Source: Candidatus Iainarchaeum sp.
Lineage (GTDB): Archaea; Iainarchaeota; Iainarchaeia; Iainarchaeales; UBA10191
NCBI GenBank assembly: GCA_030649735.1
Contig: JAUSFL010000036.1
Coordinates: forward strand, 79,283 to 143,282
DNA: 64,000 nt
Direction: 5' to 3'
In this document: in pieces, positions 56,039-64,000 of the stretch
Layout: every line of letters begins with the position of its first letter
How positions within the stretch are numbered: position 1 is the first letter of the stretch
Notes under the pieces: model-generated
What the model was told of the DNA's origin: nothing
Seen by the model: only the letters and a program-made list of their open reading frames with translations
The model's database searches: none
Program-made: the position numbers and the translations under genes

Positions 56039-57042
56039 ATCCTTTTATTTCATCGGCCTTTTTGATAATCTGCGCCGGCGCAGTGACTTTCATCATAACG
56101 CCTAAAATAATCAACAGGATGAAAATGCGCGGGCTTGTCGGAAAAGACATGAACAAGCTTGGAAAGCCCGAAGTTTCAGAAATGGGCGGCATTGCAGTCC
56201 TTTTCGGCTTCAGTTTTGCAATCCTTGCGGCAATTTTCATACACACTTACTTTGGGCAGTTTCAAGGAATTGACTTGATTTCCTTAGTTGCGGGATTCCT
56301 GACAATCTTATTAGTGGGGTTTTTGGGGGTTTTTGACGACTTGATTGGCTGGAAGAAGGGAATCAGGCAATGGCAGCACGCCTTGATTCCAGCGCTTGCC
56401 GCACTGCCTCTAATGGCATTCAGTGTGGGAATCAAAACAATGAGCTTTCCAGGCATTGGAGTTTTTGCCTTTGGAATATTCTATTCGCTAATCATTGTTC
56501 CAATTGGAATCACTGGAGCCGCGAACGCGTCAAACATGCTTGCCGGATTGAACGGCCTGGAAACCGGGCTTGGATTGATTAACGCGGCAACACTGCTGAT
56601 AATTGCAGTAATGCTTGGCAAAACAAACGCGATAATTTTTCTCGCGGCAATGATCGGCGCATTGCTCGCTTTTTTGTATTACAACTGGCATCCTGCAAGA
56701 ATTTTTCCAGGAGACTCCTTGACTTTAATGATTGGGGCAGGAATTGCAACCGCTGTAATTCTTGGAGACATGGAAAAGTATGGAATAATGCTTTTTGCAA
56801 TGTATTTCATTGAATTGGCAATAAAGTCAAGGCACAAGTTCCAGTCGGAAAATTTTGGAATCCCGCAAAAGGACGGAACCCTGGCTCCAAACCCTAAAGG
56901 CGGTTCTTTGACTCATTTTTTCATGCGCTTGGGAAAATTCAGCGAAAAGCAAGTCGTATTATTGATTCTTGCAACGCAGGCAGCGATTGCAATCCTGACT
57001 TTCATAGTGTTTTACACCGGATTTTTGGAGGCAGGATTGTGA
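56035..57042 (+). CDS. Dolichyl-phosphate GlcNAc-1-phosphate transferase (MraY/WecA/AglH family; ALG7-like)
   Basis: Polytopic. 'GVFDDLIGWKKG' and 'NASNMLAGLNGLETG' are the GT4/MraY-like DDxxD and NxxNxxDGxDGL motifs. Confidence 0.7.
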   Translation: MNPFISSAFLIICAGAVTFIITPKIINRMKMRGLVGKDMNKLGKPEVSEMGGIAVLFGFSFAILAAIFIHTYFGQFQGIDLISLVAGFLTILLVGFLGVFDDLIGWKKGIRQWQHALIPALAALPLMAFSVGIKTMSFPGIGVFAFGIFYSLIIVPIGITGAANASNMLAGLNGLETGLGLINAATLLIIAVMLGKTNAIIFLAAMIGALLAFLYYNWHPARIFPGDSLTLMIGAGIATAVILGDMEKYGIMLFAMYFIELAIKSRHKFQSENFGIPQKDGTLAPNPKGGSLTHFFMRLGKFSEKQVVLLILATQAAIAILTFIVFYTGFLEAGL

Positions 57043-57485
57043 AAGTCTGCATTGCCGCGTCAGGCGGAGGCCACTTGACCGAAATCCTGCAAGTGAAAAA
57101 AGCATGGTCGGGAATGCGGCATTACTTCATTTCTGACGTGCGAAACAACTCCAAAGAGCTTGCAAAAAGCGAAAAAGTCTATTTTTTTGAATGCCCGCGC
57201 AGGAATCCAATCAGTTTTTTGAAAAATTTTTTCCAATCCTTGAAAATCCTGCTTAAGGAAAAGCCAGACATTATTGTAAGCACTGGCGCAGACACCGCGC
57301 TTTCAACCTGCGTTTTGGGAAAGCTTTTGGGAAAAAAGCTTGTTTTCATTGAAAGCTATTGCAGGGTTAGCGAGGCAAGCCTTTCCGGGAAGATATGCTA
57401 TAAAATTGCTGATGTTTTCTTCGTGCAATGGAAGGAAAACCTGAAGTTTTTCCCAAACGCAAGATTTGCGGGCGGAGTTTTTTGA
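57039..57485 (+). CDS. Alg14-like glycosyltransferase membrane-anchoring/acceptor-binding subunit
   Basis: 'CIAASGGGHLTEIL' and 'IESYCRVSEASLSGKI', the Alg14 (PF08660) pattern. Confidence 0.6.
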   Translation: MKVCIAASGGGHLTEILQVKKAWSGMRHYFISDVRNNSKELAKSEKVYFFECPRRNPISFLKNFFQSLKILLKEKPDIIVSTGADTALSTCVLGKLLGKKLVFIESYCRVSEASLSGKICYKIADVFFVQWKENLKFFPNARFAGGVF

Positions 57486-57496
57486 GGCGATATTGA

Positions 57497-57991
57497 ATGA
57501 TTCTGGCAATGGTTGGAACGCATAACCAGCAATTCAACAGGCTGCTAAAAGAGCTTGATTCTTTGGTTGAGCGCGGAAAAATAAAAGAGGAAGTTTTCGC
57601 GCAGACCGGCTGTTCTGACTTTGAGCCAAAAAATTATAAAACGCAAAAAATGCTTTCTTTGGAAGAGTACAAAAAACTGATAAGAAAAGCCAGCCTTGTA
57701 ATAACTCACGGCGGGGCAGGGTCAATAATTGACGCGCTTAATGAAAGAAAAAAGCTCATCATTGTGCCTCGCTTGGCAAAGTTTGGAGAGCACACCAACG
57801 ACCACCAGTTGGACTTGGCTGAAGCGCTGCAAAGGCAGGGAAAGGCAATCACTATAAAAGACATTAAAAAACTGGAAAGCGCAATCAAGGACGCAAGGAA
57901 AGGCAAATCAAGCTTTGAGAAAGACTCAAGGCTCGGGGCAGAATTAAGGAAATGCCTGGAAAATCATGAAACATCGGGAAGTGCAAAATGA
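57497..57991 (+). CDS. Alg13-like (Glyco_tran_28_C) catalytic subunit of a bipartite UDP-sugar transferase
   Basis: 'ASLVITHGGAGSIIDAL…LIIVPRLAKFGEHTNDHQLDLAEAL'. Confidence 0.6.
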   Translation: MILAMVGTHNQQFNRLLKELDSLVERGKIKEEVFAQTGCSDFEPKNYKTQKMLSLEEYKKLIRKASLVITHGGAGSIIDALNERKKLIIVPRLAKFGEHTNDHQLDLAEALQRQGKAITIKDIKKLESAIKDARKGKSSFEKDSRLGAELRKCLENHETSGSAK

Positions 57992-57992
57992 C

Positions 57993-59051
57993 ATGCTGCA
58001 GAGCAAAAAAGACCTTTTCTTGAAGGCATTGAAAAACAACGGGCCTTTAGGAATCTTGAACATTGGATTAAGGACAGTTGACGCAAGGCTAAAGCCCGCA
58101 AGAACAAATTTTGTCCCATTCACCATCCAAATAGACCTGACGACAAACTGCAATCTAAAATGCAAAATGTGCGAGCACACTTACTGGAAGGAAAAGAACA
58201 GGAACTTGAGCCTTAAGGAATTCAAGAAAATCATTGACAACATTCCATCGGCCGCACTAGTGAATCTCACGGGCCGCGGAGAGAACTTGATGAACCCGGA
58301 AATCTTCAAAATGATCGAATACGCAAAAAGCAAGAACATTTACGTTTGGTTCAATGACAACATGACTTTAATGCATGAAGCCAACGCAAAAAAAGTGATT
58401 GACTTGGGCCTTGATTGCATTGCAATCTCTTTTGACGGAGCGACAAAAAAGACCTACGAGCACATTAGGAACGGCGCAAACTTCGAGAAAACAATCAAGA
58501 ACATCAAAAGGCTGCAGGAATTGAAGAAAGAGGCAGGAACAACAAAGCCTGAATTGTTCCTTGTAATGATTGTGATGAAAGAAAACTACAAGGAAATGCC
58601 GAGATTTGTCGAGCTTGCAAAAGAGCTTGAAATTCCGGAAATTGTGTTTGCTGGGGCATTGACTTTCAAGGGAAGCAAGGCAAAATCATTGAAAGAAAAC
58701 CCGAAAAAAGAGCTTGAGGAAATCAACAGGAAAACACAGGAAAAGGCGGACGAATTAGGCATTAAAATAACGCTTCCATTGCACGAGCCAAAGGCATTCG
58801 CGCCAAAAGACTGCTCTTATCCTTGGACTACAGCATACATTGACTGTTACGGAAACGTGATTCCCTGCTGTTTTTCAACGCAAAGGAATGACTCTAAAAT
58901 GCACAAGGAAAGCATTTTGGGAAATGCAATCAGCCAAAAATTTGCGGAAGTCTGGAATTCAGAAAAATACATTGGCTTCAGGAAAAAGCTCCTTTCAAAA
59001 GACCCGCCGCTAATCTGTAAAACCTGCGAGCGAATCAAGGGATATTACTAA
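57993..59051 (+). CDS. Radical SAM enzyme with C-terminal SPASM domain (paralogue 1)
   Basis: 'TTNCNLKCKMCEH' CX3CX2C cluster and the C-terminal Cys-rich 'CSYPWTTAYIDCYGNVIPCCFS…CKTCE'. Start trimmed to the Met after the Alg13 stop. Confidence 0.65.
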   Translation: MLQSKKDLFLKALKNNGPLGILNIGLRTVDARLKPARTNFVPFTIQIDLTTNCNLKCKMCEHTYWKEKNRNLSLKEFKKIIDNIPSAALVNLTGRGENLMNPEIFKMIEYAKSKNIYVWFNDNMTLMHEANAKKVIDLGLDCIAISFDGATKKTYEHIRNGANFEKTIKNIKRLQELKKEAGTTKPELFLVMIVMKENYKEMPRFVELAKELEIPEIVFAGALTFKGSKAKSLKENPKKELEEINRKTQEKADELGIKITLPLHEPKAFAPKDCSYPWTTAYIDCYGNVIPCCFSTQRNDSKMHKESILGNAISQKFAEVWNSEKYIGFRKKLLSKDPPLICKTCERIKGYY

Positions 59052-59749
59052 TGAACATTCCCATTTTTCAGAGAAAATTCGACCTGCATGTTCACTCAAA
59101 ATACTCTCAAGACATCAACTCAAAGGAAGAATTGCAAAAAATAATTTCGCGGGCAAAAAAGCTCGGGCTTGCAGGAATTGCAATAACAGACCACAACACT
59201 GCAAAAGCATTCAAGGAAATTGACACAGCCAGAAAGCAAGCGAAAGAATTTCTTATAATCAAAGGCGAAGAAGTAATGGTCAAGGAAAATGGGAAAATTT
59301 GCGGAGAACTCCTCTGCTATTTCCTGCAGGAAGAAATAAGACCGGCTGGCTTTCAGGAAATAATTGACGCGGCCAGAAAACAGGGCGCATTAGTGAGCAT
59401 TGCGCACCCATTTGACACTGCAAGGATTTCATTCCAGCAAATCGAGAAAAGGTTTCCCAAAGTTGATGCCATAGAAATTCTCAACTCGCGCGCTTCAACA
59501 GAAGAAGTGAACAAAAAAGCCGAAGAGTTTTCAGCAGCAAAGGGAATTCCTTGGACTGCGGGAAGCGACGCGCACTCGCTGCTTGAAATCGGCAGGGCGG
59601 GAATAGTTTCAGACGCTTCAAGCGAGGAAAACTTAAGGAAAGCGATTTCAAAAAAGCTAGTCACTGTCTTTGGAAAGCGCGCGAGCGCTGCGGCAAAGCT
59701 TGACTTAAAGGCAAAAGCGCTGCTTAGACGGCTGGGTGCAAGAAAATGA
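59051..59749 (+). CDS. PHP-domain metal-dependent phosphoesterase
   Basis: 'FDLHVHSKYSQD…IAITDHNT…SIAHPFD…GSDAHS'. Confidence 0.65.
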   Translation: MNIPIFQRKFDLHVHSKYSQDINSKEELQKIISRAKKLGLAGIAITDHNTAKAFKEIDTARKQAKEFLIIKGEEVMVKENGKICGELLCYFLQEEIRPAGFQEIIDAARKQGALVSIAHPFDTARISFQQIEKRFPKVDAIEILNSRASTEEVNKKAEEFSAAKGIPWTAGSDAHSLLEIGRAGIVSDASSEENLRKAISKKLVTVFGKRASAAAKLDLKAKALLRRLGARK

Positions 59750-60711
59750 AAAGCAAAAAAAGCCCTGGAAAAAAGCAGGAAATGGCCTCGATAATAATTG
59801 CAAGCGCAAACCGGAAAGAATTCATTCTGGACTGCCTGAAGTCAATCAAGGAAAATACCAAGTACGCGAATCTTGAAGTACTGGTTTTTGACGAGGCAAG
59901 CATTGACGGCAGCGTAAAGGCAATCAGGCAAAAATTTCCTTGGGTAAAACTTTTCGAGAACGGCAGAGTAATCGGCCACCAGAACATAAATAATCTGGGT
60001 TTTGAAAAGGCAAAAGGAAACTACATAATGCTCTTGAACAATGACACAATTGTGGTAAAAGGCTGGCTTGAAAATGCAGTCAAGGAATTGCAAAGCAATG
60101 AAAAAATCGCGTCCGTAGGATGTGAACTGATTTCTGAAGGCCAATTCAAGAACAATTCTTTTGTTGAGAAACCAGCAGTTGAAAAAATGTCGGTCTGCTC
60201 TGGCGCAATGCTTTTGAGAAAAAGCGCTGTTGAAAAAATAGGCAATTGGGATTCAAAAAACTTTCACCCAATTTACGGGGGGGAAACAGACTGGTGCTAT
60301 AGGGCAAGGCATTTTGGCTACAGGCATTTGCAATTACGGAACAGTTTTGTAGTGCACAGGCATAATCCAAAAAAGAAGAAAAACAAGCATGAGAGAATGG
60401 AACTGCTTTACACTCACGGCCTGCGGGCAATGTTCTTCAATCTTTCAACCACTGAATTCTTGAAAATGCTTCCTGGGCTTGGAATGGTCTTCGCAAAAAG
60501 CATCAGGAAAGGCACAGCGCCTGATTTTTTGAAATGCTGGTGGAACAATTTGCTTGACGTCAAAAGAATTTTAAGGGAAAGAAAAAAACGCCTGGCAAGA
60601 CAGAAAATCCTCGGAATGGACTTAAAGCGCATTGATGAAGAACTGTCAGAATACAAGGACATTAAGGCAGCCAGAATCAGGGATGGAAGCGACATGGACC
60701 AAATAGTCTAG
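59746..60711 (+). CDS. Family 2 glycosyltransferase
   Basis: 'ASIIIASANRKEF…LEVLVFDEASIDGS' and the DxD-like 'LLNNDTIV'. Confidence 0.65.
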   Translation: MKSKKSPGKKQEMASIIIASANRKEFILDCLKSIKENTKYANLEVLVFDEASIDGSVKAIRQKFPWVKLFENGRVIGHQNINNLGFEKAKGNYIMLLNNDTIVVKGWLENAVKELQSNEKIASVGCELISEGQFKNNSFVEKPAVEKMSVCSGAMLLRKSAVEKIGNWDSKNFHPIYGGETDWCYRARHFGYRHLQLRNSFVVHRHNPKKKKNKHERMELLYTHGLRAMFFNLSTTEFLKMLPGLGMVFAKSIRKGTAPDFLKCWWNNLLDVKRILRERKKRLARQKILGMDLKRIDEELSEYKDIKAARIRDGSDMDQIV

Positions 60712-60787
60712 GCTTCAAAGGCGCATACCAAAAGCCTTTTTAAACAAAAAAAAGCCAATCTATAGGATAACCCTCACTTGTGATTCA

Positions 60788-61942
60788 ATGAAAATTCTCT
60801 TCATAACCCACACTTACAACCTTGAAGGCGGAGGCGGGGGAGAAGTCAATGTTTCGGGAATTCTTCGCGAATTGTGCAAAAAAGGCCACGAAATACTTGT
60901 TTTCACTCCAGACTGTCCGCCATACGCTGAAGAATTAAAGCTTGGCTTGAAAGTTTACAGGGCAAAGGCATTCGGGCATCCGGCATTCCACAAAGTGGAA
61001 TACTCATTGCAGGCAGGAAAGGCAATCAGCCTTGCAAGAAAATTCCAGCCAGACATCATTCACGCGCACAATGACGCTTTTCCAGCAATAATTGGCGACA
61101 AAACCAAGAAAAAATTGGGAATTCCATTGACAGTCTACATTGAATACGTGAGCGAAAAGGCAAGCTCTTGGAATTTGAAACTCATTTACCAAATGAACAG
61201 GCATTTTTTGCCCCGTGTCAAGGCAGACAGGATGATTTCAATGAGCAAGTTTGCCGCAGAAAAATACCTGATTCCTTGGGGGATTCCAAAGGAAAAAATC
61301 AGCATTATTCCCGCAGGGCTTGACTTGAAAAACTTCATTCACGCAAGGCCAGACAAGGAATTGATTAAAAAATACGGAAAGCACTTGCTTGTTTCGCTAA
61401 GGCCGCTTCATTCAACGCATTCCAAAGGAATAGCATACATCATTAAGGCAATGAAAATAGTCCACGAAAAATATCCCGCGTATAAATACTTGGTTTTTGG
61501 GGATGGAAGCGGAAAAAGAAGCCTTGAAGAGCTTGTCATGGAATTGCACCTGGAAGACACAGTGAAGTTTCCCGGCAGCATTCCTTACAAAAAAGTGCCT
61601 TCAACATACTGCACTTCAGAATTCATGGTGCACTCGCTGGTTTTTGAGGCCACAACAAGCATGTCAATAATTGACTCAATGGCTTGCGGAAAGGCAGTCA
61701 TTGCAACAGACATTGGCGAGACAAAAAACGCTTTTGGAAAAGCGGCCTTGCTTGTTCCTCCAGAGAATGAAAGCGCGCTTGCGGAAGCAATTATTAATTT
61801 AATCGAGCATCCTAAATTACGCAAAGAGCTAGAGAAAAAAGCCAGAAAGCTTGCTGTTGAAGAATATTCAATTGAAAAAATTGCCGGAAAGTTCGAGAAA
61901 GAGTTCAAAAAAGCGGCAAAAAAAAGAGGCAGTGCAAAATGA
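60788..61942 (+). CDS. Glycosyltransferase, GT4 family (GT-B, 'group 1')
   Basis: 'VFEATTSMSIIDSMACGKAVIATDIGE' EX7E motif. Confidence 0.7.
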   Translation: MKILFITHTYNLEGGGGGEVNVSGILRELCKKGHEILVFTPDCPPYAEELKLGLKVYRAKAFGHPAFHKVEYSLQAGKAISLARKFQPDIIHAHNDAFPAIIGDKTKKKLGIPLTVYIEYVSEKASSWNLKLIYQMNRHFLPRVKADRMISMSKFAAEKYLIPWGIPKEKISIIPAGLDLKNFIHARPDKELIKKYGKHLLVSLRPLHSTHSKGIAYIIKAMKIVHEKYPAYKYLVFGDGSGKRSLEELVMELHLEDTVKFPGSIPYKKVPSTYCTSEFMVHSLVFEATTSMSIIDSMACGKAVIATDIGETKNAFGKAALLVPPENESALAEAIINLIEHPKLRKELEKKARKLAVEEYSIEKIAGKFEKEFKKAAKKRGSAK

Positions 61943-62994
61943 GCTATTTTTTGTTCCAAATGAAAAGGTCGCTGGAAAGGTTTGTTTTCACAGAATACTT
62001 TACTTTTGGAAAATTCCTGAATGCCGCAAGCATTTTCTCGCAGGCATTCATTTTCAAAAACTCGAAAGTCTTTGCGCATCCAATAAAGGTGACTTTAGAC
62101 CCGACAAACATTTGCATGCTTTCCTGCCCGTTATGCCCGACAGGCCAAAAGAGAAAAGAAAGGCCTTTGGGAAAAATGAAGTTTGAGGATTTTAAGAAAC
62201 TCGTTGAAGAAATCTCACCATACTTGTACGAAATAGACTTGAACAATTGGGGAGAGCCCTTCCTTAATGACGAAGTTTACAAAATGATAGAATTCGCGCA
62301 TTCCAAGAAAATCAAGACAAGCGTCAACACAAACCTTAATGTCAAATTCACTGAAAAACAGGCCGAACGCATTGTAAAATCAGGGCTTGACGTGCTGTAC
62401 TGCTCTTTTGACGGAATTTCGCAAAAAACTTACGAAAAATACCGCATTAACGGAAAATTAAAGACTGTTTTTGAAAACATCAGGCTAGTTAACAAGAAAA
62501 AAAAAGAGCTTGGCTCCAAAAAGCCTTCAGTCACCTGGCAGTTCCTTGTAATGAAGCATAATGAAAAAGAGCTTCCTGAATTGCAAAAGATAAAAAATGA
62601 GTTGGAAATTGACACTTTGCTTGTCGGGGCAGTAAGGACTGACTTGGGAAAGGAAATCTTCCAGTCAGACAATGAAAAAGTAAGCCAGCTTGAAAAATGG
62701 CTTCCGCAAGACTCGCAATTAAGCAGGTACGATTATGAAAGCAGGAAAAGAAAGCTTCAAAGAGAATACTGCTATTTTCCATGGCTTGTCGCAGTAATCA
62801 ACTGGGACGGCTCAACAAGCCCTTGCTGCGCAGTCTACCAAAAAAAAGACGATTTCGGGAACGTGTTCAAGGACGGCTTCAAAAAAGTCTGGAATAACGA
62901 AAAATACAGGCAAGCCAGGAGAATAATCGCAAAAAAAGCTCCCGAGGCAGGAAACGTCTGCTCAAACTGCATCAGGACAGGATTTATAGACTGA
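61939..62994 (+). CDS. Radical SAM enzyme with C-terminal SPASM domain (paralogue 2)
   Basis: 'PTNICMLSCPLCPTG' and 'CYFPWLVAVINWDGSTSPCCAVYQ…CSNCIR'. Same architecture as 57993..59051. Confidence 0.65.
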   Translation: MSYFLFQMKRSLERFVFTEYFTFGKFLNAASIFSQAFIFKNSKVFAHPIKVTLDPTNICMLSCPLCPTGQKRKERPLGKMKFEDFKKLVEEISPYLYEIDLNNWGEPFLNDEVYKMIEFAHSKKIKTSVNTNLNVKFTEKQAERIVKSGLDVLYCSFDGISQKTYEKYRINGKLKTVFENIRLVNKKKKELGSKKPSVTWQFLVMKHNEKELPELQKIKNELEIDTLLVGAVRTDLGKEIFQSDNEKVSQLEKWLPQDSQLSRYDYESRKRKLQREYCYFPWLVAVINWDGSTSPCCAVYQKKDDFGNVFKDGFKKVWNNEKYRQARRIIAKKAPEAGNVCSNCIRTGFID

Positions 62995-63011
62995 AAAAAA
63001 ACGGTGAATTC

Positions 63012-63890
63012 ATGAAAGCAAGCATTATTACAGCAACCCACAATCGCGCAGACTTTCTGGAAAAATGCATTAACGCGATTTTAGCCCAAAGCTTCAAGAG
63101 TTTCGAGCTTATAATCGTTAATGACTGCTCTACAGACAATACCCGCGAGGCATTGCAAAAATTTTCAAAAAGCAAAAAAGTCAAAATAATCAATCTTGAA
63201 AAAAACTTGGGACCTGTAGGGGCAAGAAACAAGGCTTTTGAAATTTCACGCGGAGAAATCATAATAGTGATGGATGACGACTGCGTTGCCGAAAAAAAAT
63301 GGCTTTCAGCAATAATGCAGCCTTTCAAGAACAAGAAAATTGGAATGGTGACTGCTTACGGAGAAGGCGCCGGAACAAGCACTGCATACTTGCGCAAGGC
63401 TATTGGAAAAAAATTCTTTGACGAATGCTTCAAGGTAGAGCCGTTCTCTAGCTTTTCATTCAGGGAAGACACAGACTTGACTTTCAGGATTTTGGAAAAA
63501 GGATTCTTGAAGGTTGAAGTGCCGCACTTGTTCGCGCACTACCACAGGCAGCCGCAAACTCTCCTGAAAAAAGTCAAGTACGCCTGGAGCAGGCTTTCAA
63601 ACCACGTTGTAGACCCATTGCTTTTCAAGAAACATCCGGCAATGACTGCAAAATTCCTGAACATAAAGTTCGGCTTTTTGAGAAACCCTTTGGACGACTT
63701 CAAGACAGCGACCGGCCTTTGGTTCAGCAAGGAAAATTACGGTTTGCGAAGCCCGCAAGGCGTGAAGTTCATTGACAACAAGACAGTGCTTCACGAAATC
63801 GCTATAATAAGCACTGGAGTAATTTATGTGCTGCTGGTGAAAGCAATAAGGCTTTACGGCAGCATAATCCATGAAAAATTCATGGTGTAA
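63012..63890 (+). CDS. Family 2 glycosyltransferase
   Basis: 'ASIITATHNRADFLEKCINAILAQSF…LIIVNDCSTDNT' and 'IVMDDDCVAE'. Confidence 0.65.
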   Translation: MKASIITATHNRADFLEKCINAILAQSFKSFELIIVNDCSTDNTREALQKFSKSKKVKIINLEKNLGPVGARNKAFEISRGEIIIVMDDDCVAEKKWLSAIMQPFKNKKIGMVTAYGEGAGTSTAYLRKAIGKKFFDECFKVEPFSSFSFREDTDLTFRILEKGFLKVEVPHLFAHYHRQPQTLLKKVKYAWSRLSNHVVDPLLFKKHPAMTAKFLNIKFGFLRNPLDDFKTATGLWFSKENYGLRSPQGVKFIDNKTVLHEIAIISTGVIYVLLVKAIRLYGSIIHEKFMV

Positions 63891-63897
63891 AAAAAAG

Positions 63898-64000
63898 GTG
63901 AATTCTTTGAAAATAATGCTCTTGAACCCGCCGTTCTTTCCAAAATTCTCGCGCTCTTCACGCTCGCCGGCAGTTGCCAAAGGCGGGACAATTTATTATC
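63898..64000 (+). CDS. Partial CDS (5' end): probable B12-binding radical SAM protein
   Basis: '(VNSLKI)MLLNPPFFPKFSRSSRSPAVAKGGTIYY' is the characteristic N-terminus of class-B radical SAM enzymes. It is truncated by the window end, and its start codon is uncertain (GTG 63898, TTG 63907 or ATG 63916). Confidence 0.4.
   Translation, partial: MNSLKIMLLNPPFFPKFSRSSRSPAVAKGGTIYY

Noticed and set aside
1-64000. CRISPR arrays, integrase/transposase genes, prophage structural genes
   Set aside because: No regularly spaced short repeats and no recombinase or capsid motifs were recognised anywhere in the window. The repeat ladder at 3.2–8.3 kb has irregular 1.1–2.4 kb spacing and protein-coding content, so it is not a CRISPR array.

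Overview
The window reads as an archaeal chromosome segment, probably a small-genome (DPANN-like) archaeon; that placement is inference from gene content. Hallmarks are TBP, an FtsZ–SecE–Spt5–L11 cluster followed, after a 3-gene insertion, by L1–L10(P0)–L12(P1), then L21e–RpoF–DUF655–KsgA, L44e, a stand-alone 5S rRNA, AglB/STT3, and the ribose-1,5-bisphosphate isomerase plus AMP phosphorylase pair. Two larger themes stand out. The first is an accessory region at about 3.2–8.3 kb downstream of tRNA-Gly(CCC). In it the tRNA 3' end (CGGCGGCTGCA) recurs three more times as direct repeats, partitioning small cassettes that encode lipoproteins, membrane proteins and a NYN–Nudix–GNAT set, with no integrase visible. 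A second direct-repeat pair duplicates the last ~14 codons of ksgA and flanks a 4 kb insertion carrying a 1298-aa secreted protein. The second theme is cell-surface biology. Two giant secreted proteins (1277 and 1298 aa) share a cadherin-like domain and a cysteine-bracketed C-terminal dockerin-like module. A secreted Lon-(S16)-protease-domain protein with a TM anchor and cytoplasmic SHOCT-like repeats is also present. An N-glycosylation locus runs AglB – GlcNAc-1-P transferase – Alg14/Alg13-like – GT2/GT4 – PHP phosphoesterase and contains two paralogous radical-SAM/SPASM enzymes. Other notable items are an SMC-head ATPase carrying a Rad50-type CPVC hook, a TBP with a histone-H1-like lysine-rich tail, a DUF2207 / MarC / truncated-DUF2207 trio, a YdbS/YdbT bPH_2 pair, and a GC-richer ~320 bp non-coding region between ksgA and a dCTP-deaminase-like gene. 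No CRISPR array, integrase or transposase was recognised. All functional calls are from motif-level reading of the translations, not from database searches.
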